A stretch of 64,000 bases of DNA from Alphaproteobacteria bacterium (GCA_024743275.1 JANSWW010000003.1:156521-220520), one strand, 5' to 3'. Counted from the stretch's first letter, positions 26,151-35,826 are shown. Notes: generated from the sequence alone by a model not told the origin. Program-made: numbers and translations.

Positions 26151-27326
26151 TCAGCGGTTCCGGACGAACGCCGCGATCCGGTCTCCGGCTTCCGCCATGC
26201 GGTCGGCCGGGGTGGTGAAGGCGATCCTCAGGAACCCGCTGCCGGCCGGCCCGAAGGCATCGCCCGCGACCACCGCCACCTTTTGTTCCTTGAACAGCTC
26301 CATTGCGAAATCGAAGGACGGGATTCCGGTCCCGCGGACATCGGCCATGGCGAACATGCCGCCATGGGGCGAGTCGCAGGTGATGCCCTCGATCTGATTG
26401 AGCCTGCGCACTATGACATCGCGCCGTTCCCGGAAGGTCTCCCGGATCGTCTCCAGCTCCGGCTGGGGCTGGGTGAGGGCCGCCACGGCGGCGTCCTGTA
26501 TGAACGGGGCGTAGCCGAACATGGAGACCTGCGCGACGTCGATCATCCGGCGCACCACCTCGTCGGGGGCGACCGCCCAGCCGACCCGCCAGCCGGTCAT
26601 GGCGTGGGACTTCGAGAGGCTGGAACAGGTGATGACCCGATCGCCGATATCGCGGATCGCGGCGGGCGAGACATGCTCGCCTTCGAAGGTGAGCGGGCCG
26701 TAGACCTCATCGGAGATGATCCACAGATTATGCTCCATGGCGATCTCGCCGAGCTTGTAGAGCTCTCCCCGGGTGAAACAGGTGCCGGTCGGATTGTTCG
26801 GCGTGTTCACCAGGATGACGCGGGTACGCTCGGTGACGGCGGCCCGGATCGCCTCGATGTCGAGGTGGAAGCCGTTGTCGGCGTCCAGCGGGACGAGCAC
26901 CGCCTTTGCGCCGGTCGCCTGGACGCAGCCTTCATAGGTCGAATAGGCCGGATCGAGCAGAATCGCCTCGGTGCCCGGGTCGAGCAGAACCTGGAGGGCG
27001 TGGAACAGCGCCGATTGCGAGCCGGGGAAGACCACGACATTGCCGGGGCCGCAGGGCTGCCGGGCGATTTTCATATGATAGGACGCGATCGCGGCACGTA
27101 GCTCGGGAATGCCGGCCGCGGGCGTGTAGTGGGTCCTGCCCGACCGCAACGCGGTGACGGCGGTCTCGATCACCCCTTGGGGGCTGTCGAAATCCGGATC
27201 GCCGATCGACAGGTTGATGACGTCCTCGCCCCGGGCGGCGGCTTCCCGCGCATGGCCAATCACGGACCAGGCTTCCAGACCCGCCCGGAACCCATGCTCG
27301 GTCCGTGCCGCGAAACGCATTGCCAT
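26151..27326 (-). CDS. Class I PLP aminotransferase (AruH/aspartate aminotransferase-like)
   Basis: INLSIGDPDF, NTPNNPTG, SDEVY, SLSKSHAMTGWRVGW. Start re-set to 27326. Confidence 0.88.
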   Translation of the reverse strand: MAMRFAARTEHGFRAGLEAWSVIGHAREAAARGEDVINLSIGDPDFDSPQGVIETAVTALRSGRTHYTPAAGIPELRAAIASYHMKIARQPCGPGNVVVFPGSQSALFHALQVLLDPGTEAILLDPAYSTYEGCVQATGAKAVLVPLDADNGFHLDIEAIRAAVTERTRVILVNTPNNPTGTCFTRGELYKLGEIAMEHNLWIISDEVYGPLTFEGEHVSPAAIRDIGDRVITCSSLSKSHAMTGWRVGWAVAPDEVVRRMIDVAQVSMFGYAPFIQDAAVAALTQPQPELETIRETFRERRDVIVRRLNQIEGITCDSPHGGMFAMADVRGTGIPSFDFAMELFKEQKVAVVAGDAFGPAGSGFLRIAFTTPADRMAEAGDRIAAFVRNR

Positions 27327-27328
27327 GA

Positions 27329-28294
27329 TCAGATCTCTCTTTCGACGATGCCGGTGAGGCAGCCGAACCCGCCGGCCGCCTTGACCAACTCCTGCGCCTC
27401 GACGGTGACGCATTCGATGCCGAGGCTTTCGTAGAAACCCTGCACCTCGGGATAGCCTTTTTCCAACAGGATACGGCGGGGGCCGAGGGTGACGAAGTTC
27501 ATCGACCGGTTGAGCGTGTGGTTGTCGAGATCGGGGATGAAGGCGACCCGGTAGCTCCTGTCCTGCAGCGCCCGGACGGCGCCATGGGGGGTGCGGCGCG
27601 GCCAGCAGATCGCCAGATCCCGGTCGGCGAAACGCAACATGCCCATGAGATGCATGGTGCCGAAGGGCATATCGACCGGAATGGTCTCCACGCCCATTTC
27701 CTCGAGGGTCCGGCCGATCTGATGGGCCGCCTCCTCGTTGGTCCGATGGCCGATGCCGAGAATAACGCTATGGGCGTCGAGCCACATGGCGTCCGCCCCC
27801 TCGAAGGTCGCCTCGCCGCGCAAGGTGCGCACCGCGGGGATCCGCAGGTCGGAGAGCCGCCGCTGGACCTCGATCTCCTCGCCGGCCCGCACGGTCGACG
27901 CCGGGCGCGCCAGGATCACGCCCTCGGGGGTCATGAACATGAGGTCGGCGCAGAACATCTGATTTGGATTGGCCGCCCCCGCCGGGTCGACGTAATGGAC
28001 CGTCACCCCCTGCGCCCGGAACGCCTCGGCCATGGCGTCGTGTTCGGCGGCCGCCTTGGCGACGTCGATCGGGGCCAGCATCTGGACTTTGTCCGGGTCG
28101 TCATGGCTGGCGGCCAGTTCCTCGCCCGGCCGATGGAGCAGCACCTGCTTCAGCGGCTTCCATTCACTGTCCTGGCCGCAAGGCCCCCAAAGTCCATCGG
28201 CGGCGAGCTCCTCGCGGTGGTCGGCGATCCGCTGCGACCAATTCTCGCCGCCATACGCGGCGGTTCCGAAAGTGTTCTGCCCCCATTCGGCCAT
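27329..28294 (-). CDS. Amidinotransferase/DDAH/arginine deiminase (pentein) family protein
   Basis: SEWKPLKQVLLHRPGEEL, NQMFCAD, R.GEE, FEGAD, MHLM, GGFGCLT (catalytic Cys). Confidence 0.85.
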   Translation of the reverse strand: MAEWGQNTFGTAAYGGENWSQRIADHREELAADGLWGPCGQDSEWKPLKQVLLHRPGEELAASHDDPDKVQMLAPIDVAKAAAEHDAMAEAFRAQGVTVHYVDPAGAANPNQMFCADLMFMTPEGVILARPASTVRAGEEIEVQRRLSDLRIPAVRTLRGEATFEGADAMWLDAHSVILGIGHRTNEEAAHQIGRTLEEMGVETIPVDMPFGTMHLMGMLRFADRDLAICWPRRTPHGAVRALQDRSYRVAFIPDLDNHTLNRSMNFVTLGPRRILLEKGYPEVQGFYESLGIECVTVEAQELVKAAGGFGCLTGIVEREI

Positions 28295-28318
28295 GGTCCG
28301 GTTTCCTTGCTGCGGGGA

Positions 28319-29524
28319 TCAGGTTTTGGCGATGTAGTCCATCGCCGCCTGGACGCCGCCCGGCTTGTGCGCCAGCCCGACTGTCTGCATCGCCATCTCG
28401 ATTCCGGCCAGCGCCCCGAGGATCATCGGCGGGTTGAGCTCGCCCATATGGCCGATGCGGAAGGTTCGGCCCTCGAACTTGCCGAGGCCTTGGGCGATCA
28501 CGGTATCGTAGCGCAGATCGGCCGTCTTCAGCAGCAGATCCGGATCGAAATTCTCCGGCACCAGGACGGACGTCACCGCGTTGGACCGGAAGTCCGGATC
28601 GACGCCGACGAATTCCAGGGCACCGCCCTCGGCCCAGTGGGCCACGCAGCGGCGCACCGCCTCGGCAAGGCGGTGGTGGCGGGCGAAGACCTGGTCCAGG
28701 CCTTCTTCCAGGACCATGCGCATACCTTCGATGGTGCCCCAGATCGCGTGCTCGGGCGCGGTGCCGCTGAAGCGGAATTTGGAGCGATCCGCGAAGGCCC
28801 GCTTCCAGGAGAAGTAGTGGCGCGGGGTGTCGACGGTCATCGCCTTGTCGATCGCCTTTTCCGAGACCGAGCACAGGCCGAGACCCGGAGGGCCCATCAG
28901 CCCCTTCTGCGACCCGGCGACGCCGACATCGACGCCCCAATTGTCGACCTGGAAGTCCGTGGTCGCCAGACAGGCGATCACGTCGACCAGGAACAGGGCC
29001 GGGTGATTCGCCGCGTCGATCGCCTTACGCACCGCTTCGACATCCGACCAGATGCCGGTGGCGGTATCGACCTGGACCATGGCGACGGCCTTGATCTCAT
29101 GGTTGGTGTCGGCCCTCAGGCGTTCTTCGACCGCGGCCGGATCGACCGGCTTCCGCCAGTCGCCCTCGACCTCCTCGACCTCGATATTATGGGCACGGGC
29201 CATCACGCCCCAATTCTTGGAGAAGTTCCCGGCGACGGGGATCAGGACCTTCTCGCCCGGATTAAGGACATTCACCAGGGCCGCTTCCCAGGCGCCATGG
29301 CCCGAGGAGGCGTAGATCGCCACCTGCTGTTCGGTCTGGAAGATCTGCCGGGCGAGATGGATCGCCTCTTCCTTCGCCGGGGTGAAGCCCTTGTAGACGT
29401 CCATCGCCGGACGGTGCATCGCGTTCAGGACCCGGTCGGGGATATTGGTCGGGCCGGGGACCTGGAGGAACTGGCGTCCACGCTTGACCGTCGTTTTCGG
29501 AGGGTTGAGAGGAGAATAATTCAT
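28319..29524 (-). CDS. Class V aminotransferase (serine/alanine-glyoxylate aminotransferase-like)
   Basis: GRQFLQVPGPTNIPDRV, SSGHGAWEAA, GSQKGLM (PLP Lys), FRIGHMG. Start re-set to 29524. Confidence 0.88.
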   Translation of the reverse strand: MNYSPLNPPKTTVKRGRQFLQVPGPTNIPDRVLNAMHRPAMDVYKGFTPAKEEAIHLARQIFQTEQQVAIYASSGHGAWEAALVNVLNPGEKVLIPVAGNFSKNWGVMARAHNIEVEEVEGDWRKPVDPAAVEERLRADTNHEIKAVAMVQVDTATGIWSDVEAVRKAIDAANHPALFLVDVIACLATTDFQVDNWGVDVGVAGSQKGLMGPPGLGLCSVSEKAIDKAMTVDTPRHYFSWKRAFADRSKFRFSGTAPEHAIWGTIEGMRMVLEEGLDQVFARHHRLAEAVRRCVAHWAEGGALEFVGVDPDFRSNAVTSVLVPENFDPDLLLKTADLRYDTVIAQGLGKFEGRTFRIGHMGELNPPMILGALAGIEMAMQTVGLAHKPGGVQAAMDYIAKT

Positions 29525-29637
29525 GGCCGCCGCCGTTCTTGTAAGATTGTGCCTCAAGACAATAGACCTGCCGGAATATCCGGACCAGTCCAAGGGACAT
29601 GAAAAATTCTACGGGATGTTCAAGCCATTAGCTCAGT

Positions 29638-30879
29638 TCATTCGGCTAGGTCGTCCCGATAAATTTTTCCGTCCTTCATAACTATTTTTAGGGCCGTGTC
29701 GGGCCGCGTCATCAGCGTGATATCGCTCAGCGGGTCGCCGTCGACGACCAACAGGTCGGCTCGATAGCCCTTGGCGACGCGGCCGATCTCGTCCGCCATC
29801 TGGAACAGGGCCGCCGCCGTGACCGTGGCCGACCGGATGATTTCCGCCGGACTTTGGACCTGGCTGCGGATGTTGAATTCGTTGAGTTGGTGGCGGTGCA
29901 TGTCGCCCAGCAGATCGCTGCCGAAGACGATCTGCACATTCTTGGAATGGGCGAGCCCCAGCGCCTCGATGCCGGCGTCGAGGACCTGATAGGTCTTCTC
30001 GACCAGTTCCGGCGGCATGCCCGCCTCGACGCCCTCGTCCACCAGGGCGCGGTAGGTCGACAATGTCGGCACCAGATAGGCCCCTTTGGCCTTGAAGATC
30101 TCGCAGCTTTCCGCGTCGATCAGGTTGCCGTGCTCGATCGAGCGCACGCCGCATTCCAGCGCCCGATTGACCGCGCGGGCCGTGTAGGCATGGGCGCAGG
30201 CGTAGCGGTTCGCGGCCTCGCATTCGTCGACGATGGCCTTGAGCTCGTCGAGCGAGAACTGGGTCGAATCGATCCGGTCGGTCGGCGACGCGACCCCGCC
30301 GGAGGCCATGATCTTGACATGATGGGCGCCGCGCCGCAGTTCGTCGCGCGCCGCCTTTTGAACCTCGGCGATACCGTCGCAGATCCGCCCCATCCCGGCA
30401 CAGCAAAGGCATTCGTCCAGGATGTTCTCGCCCGGACCACGGAAATCGCCGTGGCCGCCGGTCTGGGAGAGCGCGCGGCCCCCGAACAGCAGTCTGGGGC
30501 CGTCCAGCAGATCCTCCTCGACCGCCTGGGCGAGGCCGAAATCCGCACCGCCGGCATCGCGCACGGTCGTGAAGCCGCGATAGAGCATCGCCGCCATCAC
30601 CTCGCCGGCCTTGGCGGTGACATAGCTCGGTGACCAGGAGAGCAGCTTTTTAAAGTTGGCGGTCGAGGCGACGACGTGGACATGGGCATCGCACAGGCCC
30701 GGCATCAGCGTCTTGCCGGCAACGTCGATCCGGCGGGTGTCGGCGGGAAGCGTCGCGGGGGCTCCCTCGGTCACCGACGTGATCCGCCCGTCTTCGACCA
30801 GCACGGACCGGCCCGGAGACAGGCGTCCGGCGTCCGGGTCGAGGACAGATGCGTTTTCGAACAGGATCGGTGTGAACAT
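29638..30879 (-). CDS. Metal-dependent amidohydrolase (prolidase-like subgroup)
   Basis: MPGLCDAHVH, GFTTVRDAGG, KIMASGGVASPTD, AHAY, SIEHGN, GSDLLG. Confidence 0.88.
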   Translation of the reverse strand: MFTPILFENASVLDPDAGRLSPGRSVLVEDGRITSVTEGAPATLPADTRRIDVAGKTLMPGLCDAHVHVVASTANFKKLLSWSPSYVTAKAGEVMAAMLYRGFTTVRDAGGADFGLAQAVEEDLLDGPRLLFGGRALSQTGGHGDFRGPGENILDECLCCAGMGRICDGIAEVQKAARDELRRGAHHVKIMASGGVASPTDRIDSTQFSLDELKAIVDECEAANRYACAHAYTARAVNRALECGVRSIEHGNLIDAESCEIFKAKGAYLVPTLSTYRALVDEGVEAGMPPELVEKTYQVLDAGIEALGLAHSKNVQIVFGSDLLGDMHRHQLNEFNIRSQVQSPAEIIRSATVTAAALFQMADEIGRVAKGYRADLLVVDGDPLSDITLMTRPDTALKIVMKDGKIYRDDLAE

Positions 30880-30918
30880 GGGAAGCCTCGTTCTTTTTGT
30901 TATGGGATAGACGTCGGG

Positions 30919-31956
30919 TCAGGGCGCGTTCCGGCTGCCGGTCAGGACCAGATTTTCGAGCGGCTCGCCGCGCGCGAAACGGTCGAGATTGGCGGCGACG
31001 AATTTCCAGCGTCGCTGACGCATGGCGCGGGTCCAGCCACTGTTGTGTGGCGTCATCACCACATTGTCGAGCAGATGGAAGGGCAGGTCCGACGGCCTTT
31101 TGCTGATCCCGTCCTTGTCGAGATAACGGTACCAGACGTCGATGACCGCGCCTTGGATGGTACGCGTCGCCAGGGCACGGTAGAGCGCGTCCTCCTGGAT
31201 CACCCGGCCGCGGCCGACATTGATGACGACCGTGCTGTCCTTCATCGCGGCGAACTCGGCGGCGCCGATCAGGCCCTCGGTCTCGGCGGTCAGCGGGCAG
31301 GCGATCAGCACATAGTCGCTCTCGCCGAGAAGCCGATGCAGATCCGCCCCGGTGCCCAACCAGTCCAGTTCCGGCGGGCAGGGCTTCTCGCTGCGGGCAT
31401 TGCCGATCACCCGCATCCCGAAGGCCCGGGCCCTGAGCGCCACTTCCCGGCCGATATGCCCATATCCGACGATGCCGACCGTCTTGTCCCGGACCTCGCC
31501 GTGTTCGGGGCCGCCGCCGACGCCGCGCTTCTCCCACCCGACCTCCTTGAAGCGGGTGGCCGAGCGATGCAGCCCGGTCTCCCATTCAAGCATCGCGCAG
31601 AGGACATATTCCGCGATCGCGGTTTCATGTTCGAAGGTGTTGCAGACCGGAACGCCCGCCTTGAGATGCTCCGGCCGCATCCAGTCATAGCCGGTGAACG
31701 GGATCTGGTAGAGGCCGAGCTTCGGCATCGCCGGCCAGTCCTCGCCCAGGGCGCCGCCGCACATCGCCGTGATGTCCGGGGCGAGGGCCTCGAGGTCGGC
31801 CATCGGTTCCCCGGGATTCCACATCTCGATGCGCCACTGTGTCGTCAACGCGTCCCGCAGCATGGGCAAGGCGCTGTCGGCGTCCCGCCGGATCATTAAA
31901 AGCACGTTCTCGCTGGTCTGATCGCGCGGGGTGTCGGAAATCGATCGGTCAGGCAT
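30919..31956 (-). CDS. D-2-hydroxyacid dehydrogenase family protein
   Basis: GIVGYGHIG, CPLTAETEGLI, INVGRG, IDVW, TPHNSGW. Confidence 0.88.
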   Translation of the reverse strand: MPDRSISDTPRDQTSENVLLMIRRDADSALPMLRDALTTQWRIEMWNPGEPMADLEALAPDITAMCGGALGEDWPAMPKLGLYQIPFTGYDWMRPEHLKAGVPVCNTFEHETAIAEYVLCAMLEWETGLHRSATRFKEVGWEKRGVGGGPEHGEVRDKTVGIVGYGHIGREVALRARAFGMRVIGNARSEKPCPPELDWLGTGADLHRLLGESDYVLIACPLTAETEGLIGAAEFAAMKDSTVVINVGRGRVIQEDALYRALATRTIQGAVIDVWYRYLDKDGISKRPSDLPFHLLDNVVMTPHNSGWTRAMRQRRWKFVAANLDRFARGEPLENLVLTGSRNAP

Positions 31957-32036
31957 GGCATTCCGGAAATGGTGAACGGACGTCCCAACACTCTTTAGAG
32001 GGCGGTCGCGGCCTGTCCAGTCCGGAGACGGGAATA

Positions 32037-32585
32037 TCAGCCATCCAACGGGCCGGTTTCACCCTTTCCGCCCTCGCCCTCGCCCTCGCCCTCGCCCTGG
32101 CCGGTATTCCCGCGCTGCCAGTCCGCGAGCGATTTGGCCAGATCGAAGAGCCGTTTGCGGACAAGGCCGTCCTCAATGTCGTAGTAAGCCTTGACCAGAT
32201 CGATGGTTTCCCGGCGGGTCATCGGATCCGTCTCCCCGCCTGTTTGCCCGCTGGGCTCCGCCTGGGGGGCGACCGGCGAAGCGATGCCTTCGAAGAAGAA
32301 GCCGATGGGCACGCCGAGGACTGTCGCGATGTCTAGCAGGCGGCTGGCGGTTACCCGGTTGATCCCCTGTTCGTATTTCTGGATCTGTTGGAACGCCAAC
32401 CCCACCCCGTCCCCCAGATCGCTTTGGGTCATGCCGAGATAGTGCCGCCGCTGCCTGATGCGGCGGCCGACATGGGCATCGACCGGCGTGCGTGCGCCGC
32501 GGTTACCCGCCTGGGACGGTTTCGCCGCTGCCAAGGGCTTCTCCTCCAGTACATTTTTTGGTAGTGGGGATGTCTGGAATGCCAT
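32037..32585 (-). CDS. XRE-family HTH transcriptional regulator
   Basis: PVDAHVGRRIRQRR..LGMTQ..LG..VGLAFQQIQKYEQGINRV. Confidence 0.88.
   Translation of the reverse strand: MAFQTSPLPKNVLEEKPLAAAKPSQAGNRGARTPVDAHVGRRIRQRRHYLGMTQSDLGDGVGLAFQQIQKYEQGINRVTASRLLDIATVLGVPIGFFFEGIASPVAPQAEPSGQTGGETDPMTRRETIDLVKAYYDIEDGLVRKRLFDLAKSLADWQRGNTGQGEGEGEGEGGKGETGPLDG
32070..32098. repeat. Hexamer simple repeat (GCCCTC, ~4.8 copies) encoding the GEGEGEGEG tail
   Basis: gccctcgccctcgccctcgccctcgccct. Confidence 0.85.
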
Positions 32586-32630
32586 TTACGGCAGAATAAT
32601 AGCGTGGCGAGAGGCGAGCGAGTTCAATAA

Positions 32631-33359
32631 ATGGGAAAAACGGATTTGTTGGATGCCCTCGGCGACATGCATGACGCGGTCGGCAGGGTCTGGGACATGG
32701 TCTACAATCACGCTCTTGGGTTGAAGCAAAGCCGCTCGCCGATTGATAATTTGGCGAAATGGGCGGATCGGGCGCAGGTCAGCAAGGGCACCTTGACCCG
32801 TGTCTTGGACGGACAACGGCCGAAGGCGGATACGCTTGAGAAGCTGGCGCGGGCAATTATACATCCTGACCAAGAGGATAACATCGTCGGCATGGAGAAT
32901 GATGTCCTGGCCTTCGAGGACGGCATGGCCGCGCTCCCACAGCATCCGATCGTAAAAAGTGTCGTGGATGTCTTCGTCGCCCAGAACGCCGTGATCGACT
33001 ATGCCGAATCGGTACCGCACTGGAAGGTGAGTGGGGCATATGATCGGATGACTGTTTCAAGGGTCAACGCCGATCGGACCGAGATCGAGAATTTGCATCG
33101 GGGCGTCGACCTGCGATTCCGGGTGCTGGGACCGCCGAAATGTCAGGTGACCAAGCTACAATTCTGGCGCCGTCGCAATTTCGAGCGCGGCTTGCGGAGC
33201 CTCGAGAGTGGGCGGCCGCAGTTCCTGTTTCAGGAGATGTTCATTCTAGAGAACGACGATCTCGACAGCTTCGAGAATCTCGTTTCGACCATGGCATTCG
33301 AAAGCCACGACATGGGGACCGTTTTCATCACCGTCAGCGAACGGCGGAAACCCCAGTAG
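32631..33359 (+). CDS. HTH (XRE-like) protein with uncharacterised C-terminal domain
   Basis: LAKWADRAQVSKGTLTRVLDGQRPKADTLEKLARAI helix-turn-helix; divergent from the XRE gene with a 45-nt gap. Confidence 0.68.
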   Translation: MGKTDLLDALGDMHDAVGRVWDMVYNHALGLKQSRSPIDNLAKWADRAQVSKGTLTRVLDGQRPKADTLEKLARAIIHPDQEDNIVGMENDVLAFEDGMAALPQHPIVKSVVDVFVAQNAVIDYAESVPHWKVSGAYDRMTVSRVNADRTEIENLHRGVDLRFRVLGPPKCQVTKLQFWRRRNFERGLRSLESGRPQFLFQEMFILENDDLDSFENLVSTMAFESHDMGTVFITVSERRKPQ

Positions 33360-33369
33360 GCGGACCCTG

Positions 33370-33443
33370 GAAAACGGGTTCGGAGCGGGCTTGCACCTGC
33401 CCCGAAGACCCGTTTTCAAGACCCGTTTTCAAGATCCGTTCTC
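33370..33443. repeat. 13-nt tandem repeat x3 plus an inverted copy, between convergent genes
   Basis: aagacccgttttc (33405), aagacccgttttc (33418), aagatccgttctc (33431); inverted gaaaacgggt at 33370-33379. Confidence 0.8.
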
Positions 33444-33503
33444 GGGACCTGCTGTCATGTCGACCGTCCGCCGGCACGGACGGGACAGTGAGCGAGCGGG
33501 TAA

Positions 33504-33962
33504 TCAGGACGCCTTTTCGCGGGCCTCCTTGGACATGTTGCCGACCGACTTGACCAGTTCGAAGATCTTGCGGCGGGTCGGCATATCGTCGATCGCGTAA
33601 TAGGAACGAACGAGTTCAAGGGTTTCGCGCCGGGCCATCGGGTCCGGGTTGTGCTCCGGCTCATAGGAGACACCGCGCTGCTGCGCCGGGGACTGGGCGG
33701 CCGTATCTTCTTCCATGTCGTCGAAGAAGAAGCTGATCGGCACATCCAGGATGCGTGAGACGTCGAACAAACGGCTGGCACCGATGCGGTTGGCGCCGCG
33801 TTCGTATTTCTGAACTTGCTGGAAGGTAAGCCCGAGCGCTTCGCCAAGTTTCTCCTGGCTCATCCCGAGAAGCGTGCGGCGCAGGCGCAAACGCTTTCCA
33901 ACATGCACGTCTACGGGATTATAGCCGCCGCGGGGGCGTTGTTTTTGTTCTGTTGCCATCAT
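33504..33962 (-). CDS. XRE-family HTH transcriptional regulator
   Basis: NPVDVHVGKRLRLRRTLLGMSQEKLGEALGLTFQQVQKYERGANRIGASRL...RRETLELVRSYY. Confidence 0.92.
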   Translation of the reverse strand: MMATEQKQRPRGGYNPVDVHVGKRLRLRRTLLGMSQEKLGEALGLTFQQVQKYERGANRIGASRLFDVSRILDVPISFFFDDMEEDTAAQSPAQQRGVSYEPEHNPDPMARRETLELVRSYYAIDDMPTRRKIFELVKSVGNMSKEAREKAS

Positions 33963-34218
33963 CTCTCTCCGAAGGGTTCTTCATCCCACTTTTTGGGATG
34001 TCTGAGGTGTTTTTCTGCTCACCGCGAGTGTTCGCGACTTAGTGAAAGAACTTGTACGAAAAAATGTAAAAAAAAACAACAAATGCGGATAATGGCTCGC
34101 GTACTTTCGTGCGCGAGATGTACCCATCGAATAGGACGATTTTAGCGCCACTATTCAAAAGACGTGTGTAGGGGAGACAGAAAAAACATGAAAGGTTATC
34201 GATTTAACCATGTTTACC

Positions 34219-34234
34219 GTTAATTTCCAGTTAA
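34219..34234 (-). promoter_or_regulatory. CtrA full-site consensus TTAA-N7-TTAAC
   Basis: Minus strand reads TTAA-CTGGAAA-TTAAC, in the AT-rich intergenic region upstream of the XRE gene; GANTC at 34240-34244. Confidence 0.6.
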
Positions 34235-34483
34235 GGGTCGATTCACTCACTTAAAAGTACGCATCGAAAAAATTTTTCTGCGTCAAAAAAAACGGAGGAA
34301 AATCAAGGGTTAGTGACTCCCATTCTCGGACATCGTTCCGGAATCGACCTGATGTGACGCCCTGGAACGGGAGAAAACCGCCGCTGGCCGCTATCTCCGG
34401 CACCGTAGTGCCACGCGGGGCGCCAAAAGGGATCGGAGCATGGGAGTGCCGGCCTGGGCGTCCCCCCAGGGGAGACGATAGCG

Positions 34484-35635
34484 ATGTCCGTGCTCAGCGA
34501 CGAGGAATTCAGCGCAACCGTTCGGTCGATTTCCGGGGCCAGGGGGTTGCCCAATCGCCTCTATGTTGACCCGGAGTCGGCCGAAGCGGAGCGGCAGACG
34601 GTCTTCCGCAACAACTGGACCGGCATCGGATTCGCCCATGACGTCCCCAATGCGGGCGACGCGGTCCCGGTGACCTTTCTCGGTTGGCCGCTGCTCATGC
34701 TGCGCGACCGCAAGGGGCGGGTGAAGGTCTTCCACAATGTCTGCCGGCATCGTGGTCACCCGCTGATCGACAAGAAGTGCAGCGGGCTCGCCATGCTACG
34801 CTGCCCCTATCATAGCTGGGCCTATGGCTTGGACGGCAGTCTACGCTCGACGCCGCTGATCGGCGGGGTGGGCGTGAACGAGGTGGAGGGGTTCGACCGA
34901 TCGCGGTTCAACCTGGTCGAGGTACGCAGCGAAGTCTGGTTCGGGGTGGTGTTCATCGACATGTCCGGCGTCGCGCCGCCGCTGTCGGAGCGGACCGATG
35001 CCATCGAGGCGCGCTGGCCGGGCGCGGATTTGGCGCGGCTCGTTTCCGGCGGCGACCGGGCGCAGTTCGCGCTGACGGTCGAGTGCAATTGGAAGCTTGC
35101 GGTGGAGAACTATTGCGAGGCCTATCACCTGCCCTTCGTCCATCCGGACCTCAACAGCTATTCCCCGCTCGAGGATCACTACACGATCGCCGAGCGCCAT
35201 TTCGCCGGGCAGGGCTCGATGAATTACAAGGGCAATGACGCCTTGGGCGGGAAGCCCTTTCCGGAGTTCGAAGCCTGGCCGGCGGAAAAGCGCGAGATCG
35301 CCGAGTATGTCGCCTTCTTCCCCAATGTTCTGTTCGGGATCCACCGGGACCACGGCTTCGCCATTTTGTTGATCCCCCAGGGCCCCGCCCGGACAGAGGA
35401 GCGCATCCAGCTCTTCTATGTCGGCGACACGGTGCCCGAAGACCCCGCAATGGCGTCGGTGATCGACGCCCATGCCCGTCAATGGCGTCAGGTTTTCGAG
35501 GAGGATCTGGGCGTCGTTGCCGGGATGCAGCGAGGCCGGACGTCCCCCGGGTTCGATGGCGGTGTCTTCTCGCCGGTCCTCGAAACCCCGACCCACGCGT
35601 TTCACCGCTGGACAGCCGAGCAGCTTAACGGCTAA
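34484..35635 (+). CDS. Rieske non-heme iron oxygenase alpha subunit (choline monooxygenase-like)
   Basis: NVCRHRG...CPYHSW Rieske motif; NWKLAVENYCEAYHLPFVH; ED...MQRG. Confidence 0.9.
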   Translation: MSVLSDEEFSATVRSISGARGLPNRLYVDPESAEAERQTVFRNNWTGIGFAHDVPNAGDAVPVTFLGWPLLMLRDRKGRVKVFHNVCRHRGHPLIDKKCSGLAMLRCPYHSWAYGLDGSLRSTPLIGGVGVNEVEGFDRSRFNLVEVRSEVWFGVVFIDMSGVAPPLSERTDAIEARWPGADLARLVSGGDRAQFALTVECNWKLAVENYCEAYHLPFVHPDLNSYSPLEDHYTIAERHFAGQGSMNYKGNDALGGKPFPEFEAWPAEKREIAEYVAFFPNVLFGIHRDHGFAILLIPQGPARTEERIQLFYVGDTVPEDPAMASVIDAHARQWRQVFEEDLGVVAGMQRGRTSPGFDGGVFSPVLETPTHAFHRWTAEQLNG

Positions 35636-35826
35636 AACCGCGCCGGAATTCGGGGTTTCGGCCTTTCTGGAAGATCCGGACCGCGTCGGTCTTGCGGTCG
35701 GGGCCGGGCGCCCTATGTCCTCCGCGCAGGGGCATTTATGGGCTGGCCGGCCCGTGTCATAGGATCCCACATCTCTTCCGACAACAACGAAAACAGAGGC
35801 TCGCCGCCGGAAGACGGTTGATTGTA

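Noticed and set aside
33405-33443. Possible mini-CRISPR
   Set aside because: The repeats are 13 nt and directly adjacent with no spacers; no cas genes in the window.
32037-34480. Prophage immunity region
   Set aside because: No integrase, structural or replication genes, and no att-like repeats seen; the XRE type is a common chromosomal alphaproteobacterial family.
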